Virus record (IMG/VR): IMGVR_UViG_2778261455_000003
Span: 1 to 40,957 of that record
Direction: 5' to 3' (one strand)
From: a virus
Lineage: Duplodnaviria; Heunggongvirae; Uroviricota; Caudoviricetes
DNA length: 40,957 nt
Part shown: one piece after another, positions 28,294 to 39,899 of the stretch
Layout of the letters: each line of letters starts with the position of its first letter
Position numbering within the stretch: position 1 is the stretch's first letter
Notes under the pieces: model-generated
What the model was told of the DNA's origin: nothing
Seen by the model: the letters and a program-made list of their open reading frames with translations, nothing else
Database searches by the model: none
Translations under genes and position numbers: made by a program

Positions 28294-29712
28294 ATGCCGA
28301 TTCAGCAACTTCCGCTCATGAAAGGCGTCGGCAAAGACTTTCGAAACGCCGACTATATCGACTATCTGCCAGTGAATATGTTGGCTACACCCAAAGAAAT
28401 CCTCAACAGCAGCGGATATCTTCGCTCATTCCCGGGCATTGCCAAACGTTCTGATGTGAACGGCGTATCGCGAGGCGTCGAGTACAACATGGCGCAGAAT
28501 GCTGTTTATCGCGTGTGTGGTGGCAAATTGTATAAGGGCGAAAGTGAGGTCGGTGACGTCGCCGGAAGTGGTCGCGTATCAATGGCGCATGGTCGGACAT
28601 CACAGGCGGTAGGCGTTAATGGTCAACTGGTCGAGTATCGTTATGATGGCGCGGTCAAAACCGTCTCAAACTGGCCTACAGACAGCGGATTCACGCAGTA
28701 TGAGTTAGGCTCGGTCCGCGACATTACGCGCTTACGTGGGCGTTATGCGTGGTCAAAAGACGGAACTGATTCATGGTTTATCACTGACCTTGAAGACGAA
28801 TCGCATCCTGACCGCTACAGCGCACAATATCGCGCAGAATCGCAGCCGGACGGCATCATCGGCATAGGTACATGGCGAGACTTTATCGTCTGCTTTGGTT
28901 CATCGACGATTGAATATTTTTCCCTGACAGGTGCAACCACCGTTGGTGCTGCTTTGTATGTCGCACAGCCATCACTGATGGTGCAAAAAGGCATCGCCGG
29001 GACTTACTGCAAAACGCCATTCGCTGATTCTTATGCGTTCATCAGCAATCCGGCAACAGGTGCGCCGTCTGTGTATATCATCGGCTCCGGTCAGGTATCA
29101 CCAATCGCCAGCGCGAGCATTGAGAAAATACTACGCTCCTACACTGCTGATGAACTGGCTGATGGCGTGATGGAATCGTTGCGGTTTGATGCTCATGAGT
29201 TGCTGATTATCCACCTGCCGCGCCACGTCCTAGTATATGACGCATCTTCAAGTGCCAATGGTCCGCAATGGTGTGTACTGAAAACAGGCCTGTATGACGA
29301 TGTGTACCGCGCTATCGACTTCATTTACGAAGGCAATCAGATAACGTGCGGCGATAAGCTGGAATCGGTTACTGGCAAATTGCAGTTCGATATCAGCAGC
29401 CAGTATGGGCTTCAACAGGAACACCTGCTGTTTACCCCACTGTTCAAAGCGGATAGCGCCAGATGCTTCGATCTGGAGGTGGAATCATCCACTGGCGTAG
29501 CTCAGTACGCCGACCGCCTGTTCCTCTCTGCAACCACTGACGGCATAAATTACGGTCGTGAGCAGATGATTGAGCAGAATGAACCGTTCGTTTACGACAA
29601 ACGCGTTTTGTGGAAGAAAGTAGGGCGCATCAGGAAAAACATTGGCTTCAAATTGCGCGTTATCACGAAGTCACCTGTCACTCTGTCTGGCTGCCAGATA
29701 AGGATTGAGTAA
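28294..29712 (+). CDS. Tail accessory protein, P22 gp10 type
   Basis: 472-aa ORF in the gp10 position and of gp10 length. Confidence 0.75.
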   Translation: MPIQQLPLMKGVGKDFRNADYIDYLPVNMLATPKEILNSSGYLRSFPGIAKRSDVNGVSRGVEYNMAQNAVYRVCGGKLYKGESEVGDVAGSGRVSMAHGRTSQAVGVNGQLVEYRYDGAVKTVSNWPTDSGFTQYELGSVRDITRLRGRYAWSKDGTDSWFITDLEDESHPDRYSAQYRAESQPDGIIGIGTWRDFIVCFGSSTIEYFSLTGATTVGAALYVAQPSLMVQKGIAGTYCKTPFADSYAFISNPATGAPSVYIIGSGQVSPIASASIEKILRSYTADELADGVMESLRFDAHELLIIHLPRHVLVYDASSSANGPQWCVLKTGLYDDVYRAIDFIYEGNQITCGDKLESVTGKLQFDISSQYGLQQEHLLFTPLFKADSARCFDLEVESSTGVAQYADRLFLSATTDGINYGREQMIEQNEPFVYDKRVLWKKVGRIRKNIGFKLRVITKSPVTLSGCQIRIE

Positions 29713-30560
29713 TGGCGGATTCGAATCTCAATGTGCCGGTAATCATCCAGGCTACGCGGCTCGACACATCAGTCCTTCCACGCAATATCTTCTCGCAGTC
29801 ATATCTGCTGTACGTTATCGCACAGGGTACTGATGTTGGTAACGTGGCGAACAAGGCCAACGAGGCCGGACAGGGCGCTTATGACGCACAAGTCAGGAAC
29901 GATGAGCAGGATGTGATTCTGGTCGATCACGAAATTCGACTGGCATCAGCTGAAGCGAAGATTCAGGACCACGAAACAAGGATCACTAACGCAGAATCGG
30001 CGATAGTCGGCCTTGATTCCCGATTAACGACAGCAGAAAACGATATTGATTATCTGACTGATGAAGTTATCGCCATTCAAAACACGCTTTCAGACCATGA
30101 AACGCGCATTGATGCTCTGGAGTATGCCACTACTCGCAAAAAGTCAGAGGTTGTTTACTCTGGCGTATCTGTAACCATCCCGACAGCGCCGACCAACCTT
30201 GTTAGCCTGCTGAAAACGCTCACGCCGTCATCCGGCACGTTGGCACCATTCTTCGACACCGTTAACAACAAGATGGTTGTGTTCAACGAGAACAAAACCT
30301 TGTTCTTCAAGCTGTCGATCGTCGGGACGTGGCCCAGCGGAACCGCCAACAGGTCAATGCAGCTAACCTTTTCCGGCTCTGTTCCTGACACACTGGTAAG
30401 CAGTCGCAACTCGGCGACAACGACCGATAACATCCTGTTAGCTACGTTCTTCAGCGTGGATAAAGACGGCTTTCTTGCCACAAATGGCAGCACGTTAACC
30501 ATTCAGTCGAATGGTGCGTCGTTTACTGCCACAACCATCAAGATAATCGCGGAGCAGTAG
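29712..30560 (+). CDS. Tail needle protein, gp26 type with an alternative C-terminal domain
   Basis: N-terminus [43 protein letters not shown]… resembles P22 gp26; 282 aa versus about 233 aa, with an unrelated C-terminal third. Confidence 0.75.
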   Translation: MADSNLNVPVIIQATRLDTSVLPRNIFSQSYLLYVIAQGTDVGNVANKANEAGQGAYDAQVRNDEQDVILVDHEIRLASAEAKIQDHETRITNAESAIVGLDSRLTTAENDIDYLTDEVIAIQNTLSDHETRIDALEYATTRKKSEVVYSGVSVTIPTAPTNLVSLLKTLTPSSGTLAPFFDTVNNKMVVFNENKTLFFKLSIVGTWPSGTANRSMQLTFSGSVPDTLVSSRNSATTTDNILLATFFSVDKDGFLATNGSTLTIQSNGASFTATTIKIIAEQ

Positions 30561-31015
30561 TGATTCAGTTCAAACCAACGCGAAACATCGACCTGATAGA
30601 AGCCGTGGGAAATCACCCCGACATTATCACCGGGAGCAACAACGGTGATGGATACGACTACAAACCTGAATGCCGTTACTTTGAGGTGAACGTGCACGGG
30701 CAGTTCGGCGGCATTGTTTACTATCAGGAGATTCAGCCGCTGACATTCGATTGCCACGCCATGTACCTGCCAGAGATTCGCGGCTTCAGCAAGGAAATCG
30801 GGCTGGCGTTCTGGCGATACATTCTGACTAACACCACCGTTCAGTGCGTCACATCGTTCGCCGCACGCAAATTCCGCCACGGGCAGATTTACTGCGCAAT
30901 GATTGGCCTTAAGCGTGTAGGAACCATCAAGAAATACTTCAAAGGCGTGGATGACGTGACATTTTACAGTGCTACACGCGAAGAACTAATCGAATTCCTG
31001 AATCACGGGAGATAG
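30560..31015 (+). CDS. gp14-like head/ejection-associated protein (by position)
   Basis: 151-aa ORF between the needle and ejection-protein genes, as in P22; assignment by synteny only. Confidence 0.45.
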   Translation: MIQFKPTRNIDLIEAVGNHPDIITGSNNGDGYDYKPECRYFEVNVHGQFGGIVYYQEIQPLTFDCHAMYLPEIRGFSKEIGLAFWRYILTNTTVQCVTSFAARKFRHGQIYCAMIGLKRVGTIKKYFKGVDDVTFYSATREELIEFLNHGR

Positions 31016-31017
31016 CC

Positions 31018-31710
31018 ATGTTATATGCATTTAAGCTGGGCAGAAAACTGCGCGGCGAGGAACCTTATTGCCCTGAAAAAGGCGGGAAAGGTGGCAGTTC
31101 TGATAAAAGCGCAAAGTATGCCGCAGAAGCTCAGAAGTATGCAGCAGACCTGCAAAATCAGCAGTGGCAGACGATCATGAAAAACCTTGCTCCGTTCACG
31201 CCTCTTGCGGAGCAGTATGTTAACCAGCTTCAGAACCTTTCCAGTTTAGAAGGTCAGGGGCAGGCACTTAATCAGTATTACAACTCTCAGCAGTATAAAG
31301 ACCTTGCAGGTCAGGCTCGTTACCAGAGTCTTGCTGCTGCGGAGGCTACGGGAGGACTTGGTTCGACAGCCACAAGCAATCAACTGGCTACGATCGCGCC
31401 GACTCTCGGTCAGTCTTGGTTATCAAACCAGATGAGCAATTACAACAATCTGGCAAACGTTGGGCTTGGTGCTCTGCAAGGTCAGGCAAACGCCGGGCAG
31501 ACGTACGCCAACAACATGAGCAGCATTGCACAGCAAAGCGCAGCTCTTGCCGCTGCTAATGCCAACAAACCATCAAGTCTTCAGACAGCAATTAGTGGCG
31601 GAACGTCTGGTGCGATTGCCGGTGCAGGTCTTGCCAGCCTTTTGGGAACATCAACACCTTGGGGCGCTGGCATTGGTGCTGGTATCGGATTGCTTGGTTC
31701 GTTGTTTTAA
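31018..31710 (+). CDS. Ejection protein, P22 gp7 type
   Basis: 230-aa Gln/Ala/Gly-rich ORF of the expected size and position. Confidence 0.65.
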   Translation: MLYAFKLGRKLRGEEPYCPEKGGKGGSSDKSAKYAAEAQKYAADLQNQQWQTIMKNLAPFTPLAEQYVNQLQNLSSLEGQGQALNQYYNSQQYKDLAGQARYQSLAAAEATGGLGSTATSNQLATIAPTLGQSWLSNQMSNYNNLANVGLGALQGQANAGQTYANNMSSIAQQSAALAAANANKPSSLQTAISGGTSGAIAGAGLASLLGTSTPWGAGIGAGIGLLGSLF

Positions 31711-31719
31711 GGGGTAATC

Positions 31720-33108
31720 ATGGCTACTTGGCAAGGATCAAATGGCGGATTGTTGGCTGGTATCGGCGGCGTCAACTCAAACGCTCCGAGCGTAAATGAC
31801 ATCGGCAATACGCTTCAGCTTATCAGGCAGAACAATGATATTGAGCGTTCAGGCGCTAACAATGTTGGGCTGACTGCTTTGCAAGGCCTTTCAGGTATTG
31901 CGGGGGTGTTTCAGCAGGAAAAGCAGGCTCAGCGGCAGAAAGAATTTCAGCAGGCATACGCTAATGCTTATGCGTCTGGTGATCGCGGTGCTTTGCGTCA
32001 GTTGGCTACTCAATATCCAGACCAGATTGAATCCGTTCGTAAAGGCATGGGATTCATTGATGAAGACCAGCGCAATTCTATCGGCACCTTAGCGGCTGGC
32101 GCACGCCTTGCGGCCTCGTCTCCAGAAGCAATGCAATCATGGCTGCAAAACAACGCCAATGAGCTGGCGCGCGTCGGTGTTGACCCTAATAACGTTGCTC
32201 AGATGTATCAGCAGAATCCTTCAGGATTTGGTGAGTTTGTTGATCACCTTGGGATGGCTGCTCTTGGTCCGATTGATTACTTCAATGTTCAGGACAAGAT
32301 GGCTGGTCGTGAAATTGACCGAGGCAGGCTGGCAGAGACAATCCGCAGCAATCAGGCTGGAGAGGCACTAACAGCACGAGGTCAGAACATCACGATGCGC
32401 GGTCAGGACTTATCTGCTTCTACTGCGCGACGAGGTCAGGATTTGGCAATGCAGCGAGCGTCAACAAGAGGAATCGCTGGGAATGATGAGCGTACAGTTC
32501 AGTTATCAGATGGCAGAACTGTAACGGTAGGCGGGAAGCTTCACGGCGCTGGGGCTAATGCGTTCTACGAAGGCATCGACAACGAGGGGAATATGGTTCG
32601 CGTTCCTGCCAGTTCAATCGCAGCGCCTGCAACATCGTCTGCATCAGCACAAAACTATGCCATGAAGAAGGATATCGACGCGATCGCAAATGCAGACGCT
32701 TCTGCTCTCGATTTCATGACAGGAATGACAGGCGGTGCAGGTAATCCAGCAATTGGTGCTGATGTTCGCAGCCGATTAACAGGAAAAGAGCAGCGCCAGT
32801 TATATAACTCAGCACAACGTATTCAGGGCAGAATGCAGAATCAGGGTGTGGCGGCAGCAAGGGACATGGGTGCCAGTGGTATTAACACCGTTGCAGAAGC
32901 GAAGATGTATTTTCAGGGGATGCCGCAGGTTGACTATTCAAGCCCGGAGGCTATGCAGCAGTCGATTCGTGAGATTCAGGAATACACCAACAATTACAAC
33001 CAACAATATAACGTTAATGTTGGTAAATCTCAGCGGCAGCAATCTCAACCTGCACAGGTATCACAGCCAGCAGCCAGCAGTAATTTTTCTTCACTATGGG
33101 GTGATTAA
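31720..33108 (+). CDS. Ejection protein, P22 gp20 type
   Basis: 462-aa ORF of the expected position and composition. Confidence 0.65.
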   Translation: MATWQGSNGGLLAGIGGVNSNAPSVNDIGNTLQLIRQNNDIERSGANNVGLTALQGLSGIAGVFQQEKQAQRQKEFQQAYANAYASGDRGALRQLATQYPDQIESVRKGMGFIDEDQRNSIGTLAAGARLAASSPEAMQSWLQNNANELARVGVDPNNVAQMYQQNPSGFGEFVDHLGMAALGPIDYFNVQDKMAGREIDRGRLAETIRSNQAGEALTARGQNITMRGQDLSASTARRGQDLAMQRASTRGIAGNDERTVQLSDGRTVTVGGKLHGAGANAFYEGIDNEGNMVRVPASSIAAPATSSASAQNYAMKKDIDAIANADASALDFMTGMTGGAGNPAIGADVRSRLTGKEQRQLYNSAQRIQGRMQNQGVAAARDMGASGINTVAEAKMYFQGMPQVDYSSPEAMQQSIREIQEYTNNYNQQYNVNVGKSQRQQSQPAQVSQPAASSNFSSLWGD

Positions 33109-35105
33109 TGGCTAAAGCATGGAAAGATGTTATCGCCTCTCCACAGTATCAGGCGTTAGCACCAGAACAAAAAGCGCAGGCTCAGGAGCAATACTTCAAT
33201 GAAGTCGTGGCCCCGCAAGCCGGAGAAAATGCAGAGCAGGCTAAGCAAGCTTTCTATGCTGCCTATCCATTGCCATCTGTGCAGCCAGTGGAGACACAAC
33301 AACCAGTAGCACAGCAACAACCACAGCAAAGTGGATTTATGTCTGATCTTGGCGAAGCAGTAAAAGAGACTGGTCGCGGACTGGTGCAGGCTGGCGTGAA
33401 CGTGGCAAACATACCTGCATCAGTTGCCGATGCTGTAACAAGTGCGGCTGCATGGGCTGGCGGTAAACTCGGCATTGGCGATGGTACATATCAACCAGCG
33501 CCACGAGTAACAACGCAGGGATTAGAGCAGGACTTTGGCCTTCAGCAAGGCGCGCTGACTCCACAAACGACAGAGGGCAGGGTGTTTGCTGAATCATTGC
33601 CTTACCTCACTCCTGCTGGCGTTGAGAGAGCGGCAACACAGGCACCAACACTTGCTGGTCGAATTGCTCAGGGGGCAACTCGCCTTCTCGCAGAAAACGC
33701 AGTTGGATCACTTGCTGCAAACAGTGCGAAAGATGATGCGGAAGCACTCGCCACCGATTTAGGCGTTGGTGTGCTGGCTGGCGGTGCTATTAACGCTGCC
33801 GGACGTGGATTAGGTGCTGCTTATCGTGGCGTTCGTGGTGCTATTGCGCCAGAAGCGCAGCAGGCTATCAGATTTGCAGAGCGTGAAGGAGTTCCTCTGC
33901 ACACCACAGACCTGTTACAGCCCACTTCCCGCGTCGGAAAAATGGCGCAGACTACAGCAGAAAATATCCCCCTGGCTGGCACAAGCGGAATGAGAGCAAC
34001 GCAACAGGAAGCGAGAAGCCAGTTGGTGCAGAGATTTGCTGATAAATTCGGTGAGTATGATCCAGCTGTTGTTATTGACAGCCTTAAAGCGAAAACATCA
34101 GGAATTCGTCGTGCTGCAGGGAACCGTCTTGAGCAGGTTCAGAATGCTATGGCTGGAGTAAACATTCAGCCTGCGCGAGCAATTCAGCAGATTGATACAG
34201 AAATATCTAACCTGCAGAAGCTTGGTAAGGTCGCCGATAACGAGACTATTTCAAAACTTCAGTCCTATCGTGATGAGCTTGTTCGCAATGCTGGCCCTGA
34301 TGGTCCGGTTAATCTGGATTTGAAGCAATTAAGCGATCTGCGCAGCCAGTTCAGAATGGACGTGAAGGGTGAGCGACCAGTGTTACCAAACCGTTCCGAT
34401 GCTGCCATTCAGCGCGTTTACAAGGCAATGACCGACGATATCAATGGTGCCATTGGTCAGAATCTTGGCAACGATACTCTCCGTAAATATCAGCAGGCCA
34501 ATGCCGTCTACGCTGACGAAGCAGCGAAACTAAAGAATACCAGGCTGAAGAATGTTCTCATGAAAGGCGATCTGACGCCGGAAGTTGTCAACAACATGCT
34601 ATTCAGCAAGAACAAATCTGAAATTAAGACGCTGTATAACTCAGTTGGTCGTGTTGGCAGGGCGCAAATGCGCAATGGCATCATTGGAAAGGCGATGGAG
34701 AAATCTGGCGGATCCCCTGACCAGTTCCTTCGGCAGCTTAACATCCTGCAAAACCAGACTGGCATCACATTTAAGGGGCAGGACGCTGCTTATCTGAAGG
34801 GATTAAAAAACTACCTGCAATCCACGCAGCAGGCTGCAAAAGCGGCAGTAACAACACCCACAGGGCAGCAAACTATCCCGTTCATTATTGGGTATGGGAC
34901 GGCAATGAACCCGGCGACAACTGGCGCAGCAGTAAGCTACGGACTTCTTACTCGCGCCTATGAGAGCGAGCCATTCAGAAATGCAATGCTCCGAATGGCA
35001 AACACCCCGCGCGGATCAACAGCGTTTGAGAAAGCCATGCAGCAGGCGCAAAAGGCCATTAACGCCCTGACTCAAGGTGCCAAGTCTGATGCGTTGTCAG
35101 AATAG
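33108..35105 (+). CDS. Ejection protein, P22 gp16 type
   Basis: 665-aa ORF, last of the three-gene ejection block. Confidence 0.65.
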   Translation: MAKAWKDVIASPQYQALAPEQKAQAQEQYFNEVVAPQAGENAEQAKQAFYAAYPLPSVQPVETQQPVAQQQPQQSGFMSDLGEAVKETGRGLVQAGVNVANIPASVADAVTSAAAWAGGKLGIGDGTYQPAPRVTTQGLEQDFGLQQGALTPQTTEGRVFAESLPYLTPAGVERAATQAPTLAGRIAQGATRLLAENAVGSLAANSAKDDAEALATDLGVGVLAGGAINAAGRGLGAAYRGVRGAIAPEAQQAIRFAEREGVPLHTTDLLQPTSRVGKMAQTTAENIPLAGTSGMRATQQEARSQLVQRFADKFGEYDPAVVIDSLKAKTSGIRRAAGNRLEQVQNAMAGVNIQPARAIQQIDTEISNLQKLGKVADNETISKLQSYRDELVRNAGPDGPVNLDLKQLSDLRSQFRMDVKGERPVLPNRSDAAIQRVYKAMTDDINGAIGQNLGNDTLRKYQQANAVYADEAAKLKNTRLKNVLMKGDLTPEVVNNMLFSKNKSEIKTLYNSVGRVGRAQMRNGIIGKAMEKSGGSPDQFLRQLNILQNQTGITFKGQDAAYLKGLKNYLQSTQQAAKAAVTTPTGQQTIPFIIGYGTAMNPATTGAAVSYGLLTRAYESEPFRNAMLRMANTPRGSTAFEKAMQQAQKAINALTQGAKSDALSE

Positions 35106-35174
35106 CTTCGCAAACACCAGGAACGTGCAAAAACCAAATATGTAGAACGCAATATTCAGCATATCTCTTTGCAT
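35097..35174 (-). CDS. Candidate 25-aa hydrophobic peptide
   Basis: Strong RBS ACGGAGGA before the ATG; MQRDMLNIAFYIFGFCTFLVFAKLF; directly downstream of mnt on the same strand; found by manual translation. Confidence 0.25.
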   Translation of the reverse strand: MQRDMLNIAFYIFGFCTFLVFAKLF

Positions 35175-35194
35175 AAATCCTCCGTAACTGATAG

Positions 35195-35455
35195 TTAGCT
35201 GCTGTCTTTTTTATATAGCTCTTTGAGCGTATCAAAGACAATTTTCTTAACCATATCGGATTGTTGTTCTGCCATACGCTCTGCATCGTCAATGTAAACT
35301 GATGCAGAGCTTTGTTTATCCAGTGATTCTTCAATCGCTGCAATTATCTCTGAGTTCAGAGACCTGTTATTCATCTTCGCGCGCTGCTTAATTTTCGCGT
35401 GGAGTTCATGCGGAAGTCTCAAGTGAAACTGCGCCTCGTCGTATTTGCTGTACAT
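35195..35455 (-). CDS. mnt: Mnt-type ribbon-helix-helix repressor
   Basis: 86-aa ORF; …FHLRLPHELHAKIKQRAKMNNRSLNSEIIAAIEESL…DDAERMAEQQSDMVKKIVFDTLKELYKK resembles P22 Mnt. Confidence 0.75.
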   Translation of the reverse strand: MYSKYDEAQFHLRLPHELHAKIKQRAKMNNRSLNSEIIAAIEESLDKQSSASVYIDDAERMAEQQSDMVKKIVFDTLKELYKKDSS

Positions 35456-35576
35456 CCTTGATGCCTCACCAATTGGGTGGAATGGCATCGTAACTTACTG
35501 GATAAATACTCAATAGTACCATTTCGGTATGCAATCACATCATGGTTGCATCATATCATTCGTCTGGAGCAATGAA

Positions 35577-37958
35577 ATGTCAGATATCACCGCAAATGTT
35601 GTGGTAAGCATGCCTTCGCAACTCTTCACTATGGCTCGTTCTTTTAAAGCGGTTGCCAATGGCAAAATTTATATCGGAAAAATTGACACTGACCCGGTAA
35701 ATCCTGAAAACCAGATTCAGGTTTATGTGGAGAACGAAGACGGCTCTCACGTTCCTGTTTCGCAACCAATCATCATTAACGCTGCTGGATATCCGGTATA
35801 TAACGGACAGATTGCAAAATTCGTTACCGTGCAAGGCCATTCTATGGCTGTGTACGATGCGTACGGTGCGCAGCAGTTTTATTTTCCAAATGTGCTGAAG
35901 TATGACCCTGATCAATTCCGTATATACTTTGACAGAGTTATGCATGATATGGCAAAGCCTATAACATATTTTGGGGCCGTACCTGGTGAAGACTGCTCTG
36001 AAGCATTGGAGTCGGCTTTGCATACTGGATTACCATTCTTTTTCCCGGACGGTGAATGGGTTGTAAACAAGAAGATAATATATACAGGAAGTTTCCAGAT
36101 GTTTGGGGTTGGGAATGCGGTTATTAAATCAGACAAGATGTTTGAATTTACTGACGCCAATAATTCAGTTATTGCCGATCTCACCTTCCAGACAATCAGT
36201 GTTCCGTACGTTATTAAGCGTGACACTACTGCATGGGATGCAACAGTATCAGATGTTAAGCAGTCACGAGATGGGTATCAACCAACATCATTGGATACTG
36301 ATATATGGGATGCGCTTCCGCAAATTATTAAAGACCAAGCAATAAATAGAACGATTGAATGTGGAGCAAAATTTTTCTCATCTACATCTTCAGGAGTAGA
36401 CAATGTCAACATTCTGCGAGTTTCCGGGCTTGGTGTTGCATTTGAAATTTATGGTTCTAAAAATTCAGTTGCTAGTGATTGCAGCATAACCGGAAACAGT
36501 AGAGATGCTATAACATTTATAAACGATACTGTCTTCAACGGAATTTCATTGCCGCGAGGCACAGGAAATAGGGCGGTAAATAACAACGTAACCTACGCTT
36601 CGCAGTGCGGTATATCATGGTGGGGGCAGGATGAATTTTTATGTGATGGCAATAATACACAATATTGTGGCGAATCAGGAATAAAAATTTATCAATACGA
36701 TACCAACCATCCAGTATCAATTGTCAGCAAAGGAAGTCGCATAGTTAACAACTATTCAGCATACAATTACTACGATGGCATTGATGCTCAGGTATGGTAT
36801 CCGCCAGCAACAGATCCGGGTGTGGTAGCTAGAAACGTTATAAAAAACAATATATCAATAGGTAGCAGACATACAGGAATAACTTCTAACGGCGGTCAGG
36901 AATTAGTTTCAGGGAACCATTGCCGAAGTACTGGTGGGTCTGGTATTAGAATTGTCTCAAACAGAAGTGTTATTGAAACGAATATTGCAACTGATTGTGC
37001 CAATGCATCATCACAGCACTCATTCCAGATTTTTGGTATGAGCATCCAAGGTGATGGTATTATTTCTATAGGTAACAGGGTTAATAATTCATCATCTCCT
37101 GCGAGCACCTATGATTATTTGCATACTGGAATAAATGGAAACGATCCAGCATCCGGGGATCCCGGGCTTGATTTTGGTAATACCTGTAGCGCAGGACCGG
37201 ATGTGATGTTTATTTCTAATAATATCACATCGTCAATGTCTGAGTTTCTTGTTGGAGCTTCCTCTAAAACAAATACATTTAACGCTTCGTTAATAGCCAG
37301 AAAAAACGGCTATGGCGTTGATCTTTGCGGTGGTAACGGGGAGGGTTCGGTAAACATACGTGGAGATGCTACATTTGGGGCGAGTATTAATTTTCAGCCT
37401 GTTTCCGAAGATCCTTCAACAACCACCCCTAAAGGTGGTCTGAGATACAGCTTTTCAGCAAAAAAACTTATCATCTCAACTGAGAGAGAAGCAAAAGTCG
37501 AAATTGGCGAGACTGCCGGAGTATATCCAACAGCGGACAATAGCATCGGACTTGGCCTGCCATCAAATCGATGGACAGCAGTTTATGCTGCAAATGGAAC
37601 AATTGTCACATCAGATGGGAGACTAAAATGTAATGAAAGAAGTTTGAGTGAAGCAGAATTAGCAACAGCTAACGCATTAAAGAATATGATTAAAGCATAT
37701 AAGTTTACCGAATCCGTTGAAGGTAAAGGTGAAAATGCAAGGATTCATTTTGGCGTTATCGCTCAAGAGGTTATTAAGGCATTTAACGCAAATGGTCTTG
37801 ATGCTTTTAAATATGGAATAGTCTGCTATGACGAGTGGGATTCTCAATCAGATCTAAAAGATTCCTCAGGAAATATAATCACTCCAGAAATAAAAGGCGG
37901 TAATAGATACGGCATTAGATATGATGAATTATTGTGCTTCATCATTGCTGCACTATAA
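35577..37958 (+). CDS. Tailspike protein: P22-type head-binding N-terminus, divergent central domain, C-terminal auto-chaperone-like segment
   Basis: N-terminus [47 protein letters not shown]… matches the P22 tailspike head-binding domain; the rest is unrelated to P22, Ser/Asn/Gly-rich, and ends with a segment (…[23 protein letters not shown]…) resembling intramolecular chaperone domains. Confidence 0.85.
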   Translation: MSDITANVVVSMPSQLFTMARSFKAVANGKIYIGKIDTDPVNPENQIQVYVENEDGSHVPVSQPIIINAAGYPVYNGQIAKFVTVQGHSMAVYDAYGAQQFYFPNVLKYDPDQFRIYFDRVMHDMAKPITYFGAVPGEDCSEALESALHTGLPFFFPDGEWVVNKKIIYTGSFQMFGVGNAVIKSDKMFEFTDANNSVIADLTFQTISVPYVIKRDTTAWDATVSDVKQSRDGYQPTSLDTDIWDALPQIIKDQAINRTIECGAKFFSSTSSGVDNVNILRVSGLGVAFEIYGSKNSVASDCSITGNSRDAITFINDTVFNGISLPRGTGNRAVNNNVTYASQCGISWWGQDEFLCDGNNTQYCGESGIKIYQYDTNHPVSIVSKGSRIVNNYSAYNYYDGIDAQVWYPPATDPGVVARNVIKNNISIGSRHTGITSNGGQELVSGNHCRSTGGSGIRIVSNRSVIETNIATDCANASSQHSFQIFGMSIQGDGIISIGNRVNNSSSPASTYDYLHTGINGNDPASGDPGLDFGNTCSAGPDVMFISNNITSSMSEFLVGASSKTNTFNASLIARKNGYGVDLCGGNGEGSVNIRGDATFGASINFQPVSEDPSTTTPKGGLRYSFSAKKLIISTEREAKVEIGETAGVYPTADNSIGLGLPSNRWTAVYAANGTIVTSDGRLKCNERSLSEAELATANALKNMIKAYKFTESVEGKGENARIHFGVIAQEVIKAFNANGLDAFKYGIVCYDEWDSQSDLKDSSGNIITPEIKGGNRYGIRYDELLCFIIAAL

Positions 37959-37984
37959 AAAAAGGGGCATTAGCCCCTTTTTTT
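37957..37984. terminator. Bidirectional intrinsic terminator between convergent tailspike and acyltransferase genes
   Basis: AAAAAAAGGGGC-ATTA-GCCCCTTTTTTT: a perfect GC stem flanked by an A-run and a T-run. Confidence 0.6.
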
Positions 37985-39899
37985 ATTCGAATATTTCCTT
38001 TCTGTATTTATCTACTATGTAAGTAGATCCTGCCTCTGTAAGATGCCCCCAATCAACAGCAGTTATACCTTTTGGTCCTTCTGATGTTCTTGTAAGACAA
38101 CCACCATCTCCACACATAGCCGAATATGGTGAAACGTAATCCACTCCAAGCGTTGGAATATTCTTTTTGAGAAAATCATCCCATTCCTTAATCTGAGGCT
38201 TTAATCCATCCTTCATGTAGCGTGGAGGTTCATTATGATTATTTGTATAGTACAAGACTATTTGTTTTATAAGGCTTTCATCCCACTCAGGCACAGGACC
38301 AACAACAATGATTTTTGATTCAGGAGAAGCAAACTTAATCTTTTTAATTGTTTCATTAAGAGATAAGATGGCCTGATTCTTATCAAATATAGCATTCTGA
38401 CCTTCAACCATCCATGATATTATAATTTTCTTCGGCTTATACATTTCAACGAAATTTAATCTCTCATTATTTGCATCTGTGAGAGTTTTTAGTGTATCTG
38501 TCTTTCTGTTGTCAAAATAGAAAGGAGGCCCATTCCCATCGGTCATCTGGCTAATGAAAACATCTTTGTAATACTTGTCGCTAACATTTTTCAATCCGCT
38601 ATATAAAGCGGCAGCGTATGAATCACCCCATATAAATATTTGATTATCGCTCTTAGCTACGCAACCACTACTTACTGCAACCTCTGGTGTTACAGAGTGG
38701 CATTTATTGCTTCTCATTAAATTTGGGTAATCGAAAAAATCATAAACGTTAATTATTGAGCTATATTCCTTGGCTATTTCGTTAATCTTTCTATCTTGTA
38801 TTCCATTATGCTTATATACGTACAGTCCAGCCTGGCCAACTATGAAAAGAATGATGGCGGAAACAGCAGCATTATAACCCCTATGCTTTCCAAACCTTAC
38901 TTTACGCTCAACTAAGTAAAACGATAGGAACGCTAAAATCATTGAGGCGAAAATTATAAAAATACCGTTCAGTAAGTCTATATCGCTTGCCGTTTTCAAC
39001 TTGTAGAAAACTATTAAAGGCCAGTGCCACAGGTAAAGCGGGTAGCTAATTAATCCAATGAATACAAATAACTTATTAGACAGCAGACGCCCAACACAAC
39101 TATCATTGCCATAACACACTATCATAGCAGTACCAGCAACAGGAACCATTGCAATGTATCCCGGGAAATTCATTTTGCTGTTTATAAAAAACATTGAAAA
39201 AACAATCAAAATAAAACCAATTACCGGCACGATAATATTAAGCGTGGATTTTCTATTACCCCCATCTCTGAATGTTAGAGATATGGCAGCCCCTGTCATT
39301 AATTCCCATAATCTCGTTAAAGGAGAGTAATAGCTTACACTTTGGTTATGTATTGTTTCATATATACAATATAGCAGGCTTGCTATAAATAATAACATTA
39401 TGTAAATTCTTGCAGAATTCTTTCTTTTGACAATAAGAAGTATTAATGCAGGCCATATTATATAGAATTGCTCCTCAACACCCAAAGACCATAGGTGTAG
39501 CAATGGTTTCAATTCAGACGCTGTATCAAAGTATCCTGACTCAAGAATATATCCTATATTAGCAACGAAGAATGCGCCTGTAAAAACGTTCTTTCCTAGC
39601 GAGGCGTATTCACTCTGAAGAAGGAAGAACCAACCATAAATTAATGAAGCTGCCAGAACAGCAATCAGAGATGGGAATATTCTTAGCGCTCTTCTTTTAT
39701 AAAATTCAGTGTAACTGAATTTATTAGTAAGTGCTTCACTATAAATAATGTTTGTTATAAGGTATCCAGATATAACAAAGAATATATCAACACCAACGAA
39801 TCCACCTGGTAGAGTGCTTGGGAAAATGTGATAAACAATTACTGACAATACAGCAATTGCTCGTAGCCCATCGATATCAGGTCTGTATTTTATAGACAT
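37983..39899 (-). CDS. Membrane acyltransferase (AT3 domain plus C-terminal SGNH-like domain); probable O-antigen acetyltransferase
   Basis: 638-aa ORF with about ten hydrophobic segments in the N-terminal two-thirds and a soluble C-terminal domain; markedly AT-rich compared with neighbouring phage genes. Confidence 0.8.
   Translation of the reverse strand: MSIKYRPDIDGLRAIAVLSVIVYHIFPSTLPGGFVGVDIFFVISGYLITNIIYSEALTNKFSYTEFYKRRALRIFPSLIAVLAASLIYGWFFLLQSEYASLGKNVFTGAFFVANIGYILESGYFDTASELKPLLHLWSLGVEEQFYIIWPALILLIVKRKNSARIYIMLLFIASLLYCIYETIHNQSVSYYSPLTRLWELMTGAAISLTFRDGGNRKSTLNIIVPVIGFILIVFSMFFINSKMNFPGYIAMVPVAGTAMIVCYGNDSCVGRLLSNKLFVFIGLISYPLYLWHWPLIVFYKLKTASDIDLLNGIFIIFASMILAFLSFYLVERKVRFGKHRGYNAAVSAIILFIVGQAGLYVYKHNGIQDRKINEIAKEYSSIINVYDFFDYPNLMRSNKCHSVTPEVAVSSGCVAKSDNQIFIWGDSYAAALYSGLKNVSDKYYKDVFISQMTDGNGPPFYFDNRKTDTLKTLTDANNERLNFVEMYKPKKIIISWMVEGQNAIFDKNQAILSLNETIKKIKFASPESKIIVVGPVPEWDESLIKQIVLYYTNNHNEPPRYMKDGLKPQIKEWDDFLKKNIPTLGVDYVSPYSAMCGDGGCLTRTSEGPKGITAVDWGHLTEAGSTYIVDKYRKEIFE

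Noticed and set aside
35059-35343. 94-aa minus-strand ORF overlapping mnt in a different frame
   Set aside because: The Mnt frame has clear homology and a proper start; the alternative frame has none.
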